Assembly (NCBI RefSeq): GCF_001282725.1
Contig: NZ_LN876586.1
Coordinates: 97,464 to 121,463 of the forward strand
DNA length: 24,000 bases
Origin: Inediibacterium massiliense
GTDB taxonomy: Bacteria; Bacillota; Clostridia; Peptostreptococcales; Thermotaleaceae
Direction of reading: 5' to 3'
Shown here: piece after piece, positions 14,807-22,665 of the stretch
Layout of the letters: each line of letters starts with the position of its first letter
Numbering within the stretch: the stretch's first letter is position 1
The notes under the pieces: generated by a model
What the model was told of the DNA's origin: nothing
Databases searched by the model: none
The model's input: the letters and a program-made list of their open reading frames with translations, nothing else
Program-made: the position numbers and the translations under genes

Positions 14807-16765
14807 ATGAAACAAAATAAAGATATAAAACCCCAAGAAATAGGAGAAATGAGTGGGGGTGATACACAGGATATATTAAGAAAATATGATAAGGGTTCAG
14901 ATTTTCGTCAGCTAAAAGGATTTGCAGGTAAAGTCATATCTGCTCTTTTAATATGTTTTACTCTTTTTCAATTATATACAGGTGTATTTGGAGTTATGGA
15001 TGCTATGCTTCAAAGAGCAGTACATTTAGCTTTTGGTTTATCCTTGGTATTCCTTTTGTATCCATCTAGAAAAAATTGGCCAAGAGAAAAGATGCACCCT
15101 GTAGATATTTTACTTGCGATTATAGCGGCTACTGTCTGCATGTATGTAGTAGTTTTTTACAAAGAACTTGTATTAAGAGCTGGAACGGTAAATACTACGG
15201 ATATGATTATAGGAGTTTTGGCTATTATTTTAGTATTAGAGGCTGCTAGAAGAGTGATTGGGTGGCCTATGGTAATTATTGCGGGCTTATTTATTCTATA
15301 TGCTTTATTTGGAGCTTATATTCCAGGGCAACTTGCTCATAGAGGAGTAGATATCGAAAATTTAGTTCAACAATTATTTTTTACAACAGAAGGAATATTT
15401 GGTATTCCTATAGGAGTATCTTCTACTTTTATATTTATGTTTTTATTATTTGGGGCTTATCTTGAAAAGACTGGAATGGGAGAATTCTTTATTGATAGTG
15501 CCAATGCATTGGCAGGGTTTGCAGCTGGAGGACCTGCAAAGGTTGCTGTAATTTCTAGTGGTTGTATGGGAACATTAACAGGAAGCTCTGTAGCCAATGT
15601 AGTTGGAACAGGAAGCTTTACAATCCCTATGATGAAAAAATTAGGATATAAAAGTGAGTTCGCTGGAGCTGTTGAAGCTACTGCATCAACTGGAGGACAA
15701 CTGATGCCACCTATTATGGGTGCTGCGGCTTTTTTAATGGCAGAATTTACAAATACCCCATATGTAAGGATTATTTCTGCTGCTTGTATTCCAGCTTTAT
15801 TATATTATTTTGGAGTGTTTTCTGGAGTGCATTTTGAGGCAAAAAAACTTGGGTTAGAAGGGCTTCCAAAAGATAAACTTCCTAAGTTTGGGCGCATCAT
15901 AAAGGAAAGAGGTCATTTGCTTATTCCGATTATCATTGTAATTTATTTATTGATTGCAGGGTATACACCTATTCGAGCAGCATTAGGTGCTATTGTTACA
16001 TCTATTTTATGTGCTTCTATTAAAAAAGAAACAAGATTAAGCTTTAAAGATATAGTAGATGGGTTAGAAAAAGGAGCAAGAGGAGCTTTAACAGTAATTG
16101 CTGCATGTGCTTGTGCAGGAATTATTATAGGGGTTGTAACTCAAACAGGGTTAGGACTTAAAATGGGTTCTATTTTGGTTAGTATTGCAAAAGGAAAGCT
16201 TCTTCTTACATTATTTTTTACTATGATAACTTCCTTAATTTTAGGAATCGGTGTTCCTACTACAGCCAATTATGTAATCACATCTACCATTGCAGCACCA
16301 GCTCTTTTATTGATGAATGTTCCTGTAATGGCAGCGCACATGTTTGCTTTTTATTTTGGGATCGTTGCAGATGTAACACCACCAGTTTGTCTAGCAGCTG
16401 TTGCAGCTGCAGGAGTAGCAAAATCTGAGCCTATGAGAACAGGAGTGCAGGCAGCTAGACTTGCTATAGCAGCATTTTTGATTCCATATATTTTTGTATA
16501 TAGTCCTGAACTTTTACTGATTGATGTAGAGCCTCTTGAAATGGTTGTAATTATTATTACGGCTTTAATAGGAATTGTATGTGTAGCAGCAGCTCTTACA
16601 GGGTATTTTAGAGCAAATATGTCTATGATAGAAAGAGGATTATTTGTTTTTGGAGGAATATTACTTGTGACTACAGATCTAAAATTGAATATAGCAGGTG
16701 CGATTCTTTTGGCAGCAGGATATTGGATGCAAAGAGGAAAAGTAAAAAAAGAAATGATTGCATAG
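14807..16765 (+). CDS. TRAP transporter fused permease (TAXI-type, small and large membrane components fused)
   Basis: This is a 652-aa polytopic membrane protein with strings typical of TRAP-T fused permeases (GGPAKVAVISSGCMGTLTGSSVANVVGTGSFTIPMMKKLGY, TGGQLMPPIMGAAAF). It is in an operon with the TAXI binding protein. Confidence 0.9.
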   Translation: MKQNKDIKPQEIGEMSGGDTQDILRKYDKGSDFRQLKGFAGKVISALLICFTLFQLYTGVFGVMDAMLQRAVHLAFGLSLVFLLYPSRKNWPREKMHPVDILLAIIAATVCMYVVVFYKELVLRAGTVNTTDMIIGVLAIILVLEAARRVIGWPMVIIAGLFILYALFGAYIPGQLAHRGVDIENLVQQLFFTTEGIFGIPIGVSSTFIFMFLLFGAYLEKTGMGEFFIDSANALAGFAAGGPAKVAVISSGCMGTLTGSSVANVVGTGSFTIPMMKKLGYKSEFAGAVEATASTGGQLMPPIMGAAAFLMAEFTNTPYVRIISAACIPALLYYFGVFSGVHFEAKKLGLEGLPKDKLPKFGRIIKERGHLLIPIIIVIYLLIAGYTPIRAALGAIVTSILCASIKKETRLSFKDIVDGLEKGARGALTVIAACACAGIIIGVVTQTGLGLKMGSILVSIAKGKLLLTLFFTMITSLILGIGVPTTANYVITSTIAAPALLLMNVPVMAAHMFAFYFGIVADVTPPVCLAAVAAAGVAKSEPMRTGVQAARLAIAAFLIPYIFVYSPELLLIDVEPLEMVVIIITALIGIVCVAAALTGYFRANMSMIERGLFVFGGILLVTTDLKLNIAGAILLAAGYWMQRGKVKKEMIA

Positions 16766-16777
16766 TTTATATTATTT

Positions 16778-16804
16778 AGGTTCACTATAATGTATAGTGG
16801 ACCT
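16778..16804 (+). terminator. Probable terminator after the TRAP operon
   Basis: A 12-bp stem pairs AGGTTCACTATA with TATAGTGGACCT (one G-U pair). The trailing sequence ATTATTATGTT is only moderately T-rich. Confidence 0.45.
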
Positions 16805-16849
16805 ATTATTATGTTATAATCAGATAATATGTAAAAATATGTATAAATA

Positions 16850-16878
16850 TTGATTAATTTGGCTATTGATGATATACT
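16850..16878 (+). promoter_or_regulatory. Candidate sigma-A promoter for tadA and tRNA-Ser
   Basis: TTGATT (16850-16855), a 17-nt spacer, TATACT (16873-16878). Confidence 0.45.
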
Positions 16879-16912
16879 AACAGTTGAAATATTTATACTT
16901 TAGAGGTAAAGA

Positions 16913-17368
16913 ATGAGAGAATATTATATGAAAGAAGCCTTAATAGAGGCAAATAAAGCTAGAGAACTAGAAGAGGTGCCTATAGGAGCAGTGATTGTGA
17001 AAGATGGGCAAGTTATTGCAAGAGCTCATAATTTAAGAGAGACAGCGAAAGATCCTACAGCTCATGCAGAAATATTGGCTATTCAAAAGGCAGCCAAATT
17101 CTTAGGGGGATGGAGATTATCAGGCTGTGAGCTTTATGTAACGGTAGAGCCTTGTCCTATGTGTGCAGGTGCTATTATTCTTTCTAGGATAGATACACTG
17201 ATTATAGGAACTATGGATCCAAAAGGTGGAGGTGCAGGTTCTTTATTTAATATTCCAGAAGATGAAAGATTAAATCATAAAACAAAAGTAATAAAAGGAA
17301 TATTAAAGGATGAATGCGCAACACTTATGAAAAATTTTTTTAAATATCTTAGAAATAAAAATAAATAA
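16913..17368 (+). CDS. tadA: tRNA-specific adenosine(34) deaminase
   Basis: CMP/dCMP deaminase zinc motifs HAEILAI and VEPCPMCAGAI. The size (151 aa) and overall pattern match TadA. Confidence 0.92.
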   Translation: MREYYMKEALIEANKARELEEVPIGAVIVKDGQVIARAHNLRETAKDPTAHAEILAIQKAAKFLGGWRLSGCELYVTVEPCPMCAGAIILSRIDTLIIGTMDPKGGGAGSLFNIPEDERLNHKTKVIKGILKDECATLMKNFFKYLRNKNK

Positions 17369-17370
17369 AT

Positions 17371-17460
17371 GGAGAGATGGCAGAGCGGTTGATTGTGCTC
17401 GACTCGAAATCGAGTTTACTAATTTTAGTAACGTGGGTTCAAATCCCACTCTCTCCGCCA
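17371..17460 (+). tRNA. tRNA-Ser (anticodon CGA), CCA encoded
   Basis: Hand-folded cloverleaf. Acceptor stem GGAGAGA/TCTCTCC with discriminator G. Anticodon stem CTCGA/TCGAG with loop CT-CGA-AA. Long variable arm TTACTA/TAGTAA (type II tRNA). T-arm GTGGG-TTCAAAT-CCCAC. Confidence 0.93.
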
Positions 17461-17461
17461 A

Positions 17462-17497
17462 AAAAATGGCTTTAGCAAATCAGCTAAAGCCATTTTT
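17462..17497. terminator. Bidirectional intrinsic terminator (tRNA-Ser on plus, small membrane protein gene on minus)
   Basis: An A5 tract, then an 11-bp stem pairing ATGGCTTTAGC with GCTAAAGCCAT around loop AAATCA, then a T5 tract. Confidence 0.8.
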
Positions 17498-17522
17498 AAA
17501 TACATAGAAACATGTAAAGTTT

Positions 17523-17801
17523 TTATTTTGTAGAGTGTCTTTTGTGAAATTTTAAGCAGCGAAAATATGAAATAAAATGAGATATTTTACTGGAAATATA
17601 ACATTTGAATTGCTTTAAAAATTTAACTTTAGTAGTCCAAATAGAATATAATCTAGAAAGAGAAAAAGTTTCTAGTATAAAGCAAATAAAAATAATTGTT
17701 AAAGATAAGATAGAATAATATATGTTGTTTAAATAATCAGAAAGCATTCCTAATACGGCAGCAATGAGTACTAATAACAAAGTCATGTAAAATTTATTCA
17801 T
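17523..17801 (-). CDS. Small membrane protein (92 aa, 2 TM, basic C-terminus), unknown function
   Basis: GAGGTG lies 6 nt before the ATG. There are two hydrophobic helices. No family was recognised. Confidence 0.55.
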   Translation of the reverse strand: MNKFYMTLLLVLIAAVLGMLSDYLNNIYYSILSLTIIFICFILETFSLSRLYSIWTTKVKFLKQFKCYISSKISHFISYFRCLKFHKRHSTK

Positions 17802-17942
17802 TTATGTCACCTCGAAATTTAGCATCTACTTTAGCATACATCATTTTTGCGTAAAAAAAAAGTTTAAAAATTGTAAAATAGTTATGAAATTCTTAACATA
17901 TTATTAATGGAGGTTGTATTAGAAGTTATGAGGGGGATTAAA

Positions 17943-18161
17943 ATGTTTATTTTAGTTTTTTTATTTATAGTATTGTTATGGTGTGCTTATTATATGGTAG
18001 AAAATAAAAAGGTTTCATTTATATTGAAATTTGTATTATGTTCTTTTTTATTTGGATTTTTAGGATATTGGTTAGAAGATATTTTATATGGTCAGGTAGA
18101 CATTTTTACTGCCACAGGAGCTATATTAGGAGGATTGTTAGCTATAGGATTAAAAGAATAG
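17943..18161 (+). CDS. Small membrane protein (72 aa), unknown function
   Basis: The internal ATG at 17943 follows GAGGGGGA and is the likelier start (MFILVFLFIVLLWCAYYMVENKK...). There are two to three hydrophobic segments. Confidence 0.5.
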   Translation: MFILVFLFIVLLWCAYYMVENKKVSFILKFVLCSFLFGFLGYWLEDILYGQVDIFTATGAILGGLLAIGLKE

Positions 18162-18227
18162 TTTAAGTTTTTAATTTATGGGTATATTTAAGATATACCA
18201 ATGGAAAAAAATAAGGGAGGTCTTAAG

Positions 18228-18656
18228 ATGAAAAAAATATTGATTGCTTATGACGGTTCAGATTATGCTAAGAAAGCTCTTTTAAAAGGAAAAGAAATAG
18301 CTGAAAAGTTTGGAAGTTCTATAAAGGTTGTTTATGTTGTAGATGATACTCCATTTCGAAGAGGATTAATGGAAACAGATGTGGCATTTCAAAAATTGAA
18401 AGAAGCTGTTTTAGAAAAAAGTCACGGAATGTTAGAAGAGGGATTGAAGGATTTGAAAGATTTTTCAGGAAAAGTGGATTCAGCTATAGAATTTGGACAT
18501 CCTGCCCATAAAATTATTGAGGTGGCTGAAAAAGAAGATATGGATTTAATTGTAATGAGTAATAGAGGTTTAGGATCTTTTCAAAAGGCTATGTTAGGAA
18601 GTGTGTCTCATAAAGTATTGAGTCATTCAAAGGTCTCCGTTTTAATTGTAAAATAA
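18228..18656 (+). CDS. Universal stress protein (UspA family)
   Basis: KILIAYDGSDYAKKAL ... DLIVMSNRGLGSFQKAMLGSVSHKVLSHSKVSVLIV matches the Usp ATP-binding G-2x-G-9x-G(S/T) pattern. The ATG at 18228 follows AGGGAGG. Confidence 0.88.
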   Translation: MKKILIAYDGSDYAKKALLKGKEIAEKFGSSIKVVYVVDDTPFRRGLMETDVAFQKLKEAVLEKSHGMLEEGLKDLKDFSGKVDSAIEFGHPAHKIIEVAEKEDMDLIVMSNRGLGSFQKAMLGSVSHKVLSHSKVSVLIVK

Positions 18657-18725
18657 TTTATAGATTTGTATATAAGTAGTTTGCACGGAAAATATTTTTA
18701 TAAGTTAGTATCTATACGAATAGCC

Positions 18726-18775
18726 AAAAAGAAGAGGATGGTTTGGAAGTTGATTGAAACCATTCTCTTCTTTTT
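18726..18775. terminator. Bidirectional intrinsic terminator (usp on plus, Spo0E-like ORF on minus)
   Basis: AAAAAGAAGAGGATGGTTT pairs with AAACCATTCTCTTCTTTTT (one mismatch), with A and T tracts on both sides. Confidence 0.75.
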
Positions 18776-18885
18776 AGTTTTACAGCAAATTATGTATTGA
18801 ATAAAATTGCAAGCTAGATTTTTAAAAAGGATTATCAAGAAAACTTCCTTTTTATATATGAATTGTTGAAAGTATTGTATATAAA

Positions 18886-19035
18886 CTAGTGATTAGAATT
18901 TTTAATGACTTTTAAGATCGTATCTAAATAGTTACTAATCATATAAATATCAGCATCTACTAAGTCTTCATTATTGTTTATTTTACGAGTAATTAAGGTG
19001 TGGACAGAATCCATCAAATGAATAGTAGTATGCAT
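18886..19035 (-). CDS. Possible Spo0E-family aspartyl-phosphate phosphatase-like small protein (49 aa; not in the track)
   Basis: GGAGG (reverse complement of 19044-19048) lies 8 nt before the ATG at 19035. Translation: MHTTIHLMDSVHTLITRKINNNEDLVDADIYMISNYLDTILKVIKNSNH. The size, predicted two-helix layout and the segment D-x-x-I-x-x-IS-x-x-LD-x-I resemble the SQELDxLI region of Spo0E-like proteins. This match is by eye only. Confidence 0.45.
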   Translation of the reverse strand: MHTTIHLMDSVHTLITRKINNNEDLVDADIYMISNYLDTILKVIKNSNH

Positions 19036-19253
19036 AGTTCGCTCCTCCTTTTCTAAAAATTAAGATGTTGATTTTAATCTATATTCCTATTTTGTAACAC
19101 ATAGAAAATTATGTGATAAAAAGTGTTTTGTAAAATAAATAATATGTTTAAAAGAGTATTTATATATTAGCATACTTTATATATTTTTCAACTAAAAAGG
19201 AGGGGTGTGTATAAGAAAAGATGGCGTAAATTAATTTTTTGCAGGATCACTTC

Positions 19254-19329
19254 AATGTTCGTTTTTAATGAAATAAATATATTTGTTTATATATAAATAC
19301 AAAAAATAATACTCAAAAACACGAACATT
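19254..19329. promoter_or_regulatory. Two PurBox-like motifs (candidate PurR sites) upstream of the purine permease / adenine deaminase operon
   Basis: AATGTTCGTTTTT (19254-19266) matches the inverted PurBox AWWGTTCGGWWWT at 12/13 positions. AAACACGAACATT (19317-19329) matches AWWWCCGAACWWT at 11/13. They are mutually inverted and separated by 50 nt. Confidence 0.4.
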
Positions 19330-19351
19330 TTAAAATAAAAATAGAAAAAAG

Positions 19352-19380
19352 TTGACTTTTGTAGAATAATGGATTAAAAT
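19352..19380 (+). promoter_or_regulatory. Candidate sigma-A promoter of the permease / adenine deaminase operon
   Basis: TTGACT (19352-19357), a 17-nt spacer, TAAAAT (19375-19380). Confidence 0.55.
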
Positions 19381-19413
19381 GACAATATCAATTTAATGTA
19401 TAGGAGGATGAAC

Positions 19414-20718
19414 ATGGAAGTAATATGTAGATGGATGAATTTTTTTAAGCTAGAAGAACATGAAACAAATATAAAAACAGAAGCAACAGCAGGACTTACA
19501 ACATTTATGACAATGGCATATATTCTTATTGTACAGCCAAGCATGATGTCTGCTGCTGGTATGGACACAGGGGCAGTTACGGTAGTAACAGCTTTACTTT
19601 CAGGAGTGTTTACACTATTTATGGCTCTTTATACAAACCTTCCGTTTGCTTTAGCACCTGCTATGGGAAGTAATGCTTTTTTTGCTTTTACATTAGTAGC
19701 AGGAGGATTAGTAACTTGGCAACAAGGACTTGGAATGGTATTTATATCAGGAATGATTTTTATATTACTTACGATCTTAGGACTTCGTGAAATTGTGGTT
19801 AAGATGATTCCTAAGAATGTAAAAATTGCTATTGGATCAGCTGTAGGATTCTTTATTGTACTTGTTGGATTTAAAAGTGCTAAATTTATGACGATTACAG
19901 AAGGTTCTATTAAGATGGGAGATTTAGGAGATCCTATTGCCAAATTATCTTTAATTGGATTAGCTGTAGCAGTGATTTTAATGTCACATAAAGTAAAAGG
20001 TGCTCTTTTGTGGGCAATGATTGGAACGACTATCATTGGGATTCCTATGGGAATTACAAAGGTACCTAGTAGCTTGATATCTATGCCTCCATCTATTTCC
20101 CCTATTGCGTTTCAATTAGATATTATGGGCGCATTAAAATGGAGCTTCTTTCCACTTATGTTTACATTCTTTGTAGGAGATTTTTTTTCTACATTAGGTA
20201 CTTTACTGGGGGTATCGGCAAAAGCAGGATTTTTAGATGAAGAAGGAAATTTACCAAATATAGATAAACCCTTTTTAGTAGATGCTATAGCTACCATAGT
20301 AGGAGCTTTGTTAGGTTCTACGGTAGTTACAACTTATATTGAATCAGCATCAGGAGTAGAGGCAGGAGGACGTACTGGACTTACGGGAGTTGTAACAGGA
20401 ATTTGTTTTTTACTTACTATGTTTTTTACACCTATTGCAGGTATGATTCCAGCAGCAGCTACAGCACCTGCGTTAATTTTGATCGGTCTTTTGATGTTAT
20501 CGGGAATGAGTGAAATTGATTATTCAGATTTTACAGAAGCTTTCCCTGCATTTGCGACTATTATTTTTACTGCTTATACATCAAGTATTGCAAATGGAAT
20601 CAGTATAGGAATTATTTCTTATACTTTTGTGAAACTAGTTTCAGGAAAAGCAAGAGAACTTCATTTTGGAATTTATATTTTATGTATTCCTCTAATTTTT
20701 TACTTTATGATTATGTAA
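19414..20718 (+). CDS. NCS2/AzgA-family purine-base permease (adenine/guanine/hypoxanthine type, PbuG/PbuO-like)
   Basis: NFFKLEEHETNIKTEATAGLTTFMTMAYILIVQP matches the conserved AzgA/PbuG N-terminus. The protein has about 12-13 TM helices. The ATG at 19414 lies 6 nt after AGGAGG and is preferred over the track start at 19396. Confidence 0.9.
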   Translation: MEVICRWMNFFKLEEHETNIKTEATAGLTTFMTMAYILIVQPSMMSAAGMDTGAVTVVTALLSGVFTLFMALYTNLPFALAPAMGSNAFFAFTLVAGGLVTWQQGLGMVFISGMIFILLTILGLREIVVKMIPKNVKIAIGSAVGFFIVLVGFKSAKFMTITEGSIKMGDLGDPIAKLSLIGLAVAVILMSHKVKGALLWAMIGTTIIGIPMGITKVPSSLISMPPSISPIAFQLDIMGALKWSFFPLMFTFFVGDFFSTLGTLLGVSAKAGFLDEEGNLPNIDKPFLVDAIATIVGALLGSTVVTTYIESASGVEAGGRTGLTGVVTGICFLLTMFFTPIAGMIPAAATAPALILIGLLMLSGMSEIDYSDFTEAFPAFATIIFTAYTSSIANGISIGIISYTFVKLVSGKARELHFGIYILCIPLIFYFMIM

Positions 20719-20748
20719 TTCTACAGATATTAGAAAGGGGTAAGGATA

Positions 20749-22536
20749 ATGAAAATATTTCCGAAAGATAAAAAAGCATTGATTGAAGCTGCTATGGGAA
20801 AAAGACCATGTGATTTAGTTATTCAAAATGTAAATATGCTAAATGTATTTACAGGAGAAATTTATAAAGCAAATATAGGAATTTATGACGGATTTATTGC
20901 TCATATTCAGTGTGATCCAGATGATTTACATAGACAAGAAAACGAATTAATAGGAAAAGAGTATTATGATGGTTGTGGAAAATACATGATTCCAGGACTG
21001 ATTGATGCACACATTCATATAGAAAGTACTATGATGACACCAAGAAACTTTGCACAAGCAGTTGTTCCTCATGGAACAACTACTGTTGTTACAGATCCTC
21101 ATGAAATTGCAAATGTATGTGGAATAGACGGAGTTATGTATATGCATGAATCAAGTGAAGATATTCCTATGAGACAGTATATTTTAGCTCCCTCTTGTGT
21201 GCCTGCTGTTCCTGGCAAGGAAAATGCAGGAGCGATTTTTAAACACAAAGAAGTCAAACAATTATTAGAATTAAAAAGGGTAATCGGATTAGCAGAAGTA
21301 ATGGATTATCCAGGTGTGATTCATAATGATCAAAGAATGGTAGACATATTAGATTGTGTAGAAAAAAGAAATCTTTTTATGCAAGGACATGCTCCTTTTG
21401 TAAGTGGAAGAGAGCTTTCAGCTTATTTATGTGCAGGACCAAGTAGTGATCATGAAAGTCGTATAGGACAAGAAGCAAGAGATAAAATGAGAGCAGGTAT
21501 GTATGTAGATGCTAGAGAAAGTTCTATTTCAAAAAACGTAGAAGATATTATTAAAAATATAAAGGATTTTAGATATTTTACTTATCTGACTCTTTGCACA
21601 GATGATAGAGAAGCAGAAGATATTTTAAGAAGTGGACATATGAATGATGTAGTAAGAAAAGCAATACAATGTGGTATGAATCCTATAGATGCCATTAGAA
21701 GTGCTACTTTAAATGCAGCAAAAGAGATTGGAATGAACAATTTAGGAGCTATTGCACCTGGATACGTGGCAGATTTAGTCTTATTAGATTCATTAGAGGA
21801 AATGAGTCCTTGTGCAGTATTTTTTGAAGGCAAATTAGTTGCAGAAAATAAAGAGTTAAAAGCAGAGATTTTACATAAATCTTTTGAATTAGAAAATAAA
21901 AATACTATGTTTGTAGAGAATATATCAGTAGATGATTTTAAAATAAAAGCACCCATACAAGAAGGAAAAATAAAAACAAGAATTATACAGTATCAAGAGC
22001 TTAATTTTTCTACAACAGATTTTGTCATAGAAGAGCTTCCTGTAAAAAATGGATATTTAGATATTTCTCATGATCCAACTCTCAAATTTGTTATTGTGAT
22101 CAATAGACATAAAGGATATGAAACAAAGGGGTATGGAATAGTGAGAAACTTTGGTACTCATACAGGAGCTGTAGGAAGTACAGTATCTCATGATTGTCAC
22201 AATTTAACCATTGTTTATGATATTTCAAAGAATGCTTATATGGTTGCTAAGGATTTGATTGAGCTTGGTGGAGGAATAAATTGCGCAAAAGATGAAAAAA
22301 TAATAGAGCATCTTCCTCTTCCGATAGGAGGACTTATGTCTAATAAATCTTGCTATGTCATTGCTCAAGAAGCAACCAAAATGAAAAAAGCTTTAAAAGA
22401 TTTAGGACTTACAGAAATTGAGAATCCTCTTTTAAGAATTGCTACATTGGCTCTTCCAGTGATACCAAATGCAAAGATGTCTGACCTTGGAATGGTTGAT
22501 GTACTAAAACAAGAAATTGTAGATTTATTTATTTAA
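20749..22536 (+). CDS. ade: Adenine deaminase (amidohydrolase superfamily)
   Basis: PGLIDAHIHIESTMMTP, GTTTVVTDPHEIANV and the overall length (595 aa) match the Ade/AdeC family. It is in an operon with a purine permease. Confidence 0.9.
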   Translation: MKIFPKDKKALIEAAMGKRPCDLVIQNVNMLNVFTGEIYKANIGIYDGFIAHIQCDPDDLHRQENELIGKEYYDGCGKYMIPGLIDAHIHIESTMMTPRNFAQAVVPHGTTTVVTDPHEIANVCGIDGVMYMHESSEDIPMRQYILAPSCVPAVPGKENAGAIFKHKEVKQLLELKRVIGLAEVMDYPGVIHNDQRMVDILDCVEKRNLFMQGHAPFVSGRELSAYLCAGPSSDHESRIGQEARDKMRAGMYVDARESSISKNVEDIIKNIKDFRYFTYLTLCTDDREAEDILRSGHMNDVVRKAIQCGMNPIDAIRSATLNAAKEIGMNNLGAIAPGYVADLVLLDSLEEMSPCAVFFEGKLVAENKELKAEILHKSFELENKNTMFVENISVDDFKIKAPIQEGKIKTRIIQYQELNFSTTDFVIEELPVKNGYLDISHDPTLKFVIVINRHKGYETKGYGIVRNFGTHTGAVGSTVSHDCHNLTIVYDISKNAYMVAKDLIELGGGINCAKDEKIIEHLPLPIGGLMSNKSCYVIAQEATKMKKALKDLGLTEIENPLLRIATLALPVIPNAKMSDLGMVDVLKQEIVDLFI

Positions 22537-22563
22537 ACCACTGAACTTTTCAGTGGTTTTTTT
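22536..22563 (+). terminator. Rho-independent terminator after ade
   Basis: Stem AACCACTGAA, loop CTT, stem TTCAGTGGTT, followed by a T-run. Confidence 0.85.
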
Positions 22564-22665
22564 ATATAAAAAATAATATTTAATTTGAAATTAACAGACT
22601 TTTTAAATGTTGATAACATATTATAAATATAATAATGATGAAAATACTTAAAGGAGGTTTTTAGA

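Noticed and set aside
19207-19296. A strong orphan Shine-Dalgarno (AAAAAGGAGGGG at 19194-19205) followed by a GTG-initiated 29-codon ORF (MYKKRWRKLIFCRITSMFVFNEINIFVYI) overlapping the first PurBox.
   Set aside because: Spacing from GGAGG to the GTG is only about 3 nt. The peptide has no convincing TM helix or known toxin or leader features, and the region is better explained as promoter or operator DNA. It is worth a look only if ribosome profiling shows occupancy.
19050-19413. Purine (guanine/adenine) riboswitch upstream of the purine permease.
   Set aside because: The best promoter leaves a leader of only about 25-30 nt. I could not find the conserved purine-riboswitch core (P1 with junction and loop-loop motifs) anywhere in the 360-bp region.
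3628-21956. Antisense or shadow ORFs from the six-frame track: 3628-3843, 4005-4238, 4739-5047, 5174-5473, 5487-5675, 6633-6878, 8753-8953, 11733-11942, 14056-14319, 16351-16785, 19374-19568, 19629-20036, 20112-20297, 20947-21147, 21582-21956.
   Set aside because: Each lies wholly or mostly inside a longer opposite-strand gene that has clear family motifs. Their translations are low-complexity (rich in I, F, L, S, Y and K), have no recognisable motifs and lack ribosome-binding sites. This is typical of chance ORFs in AT-rich DNA.
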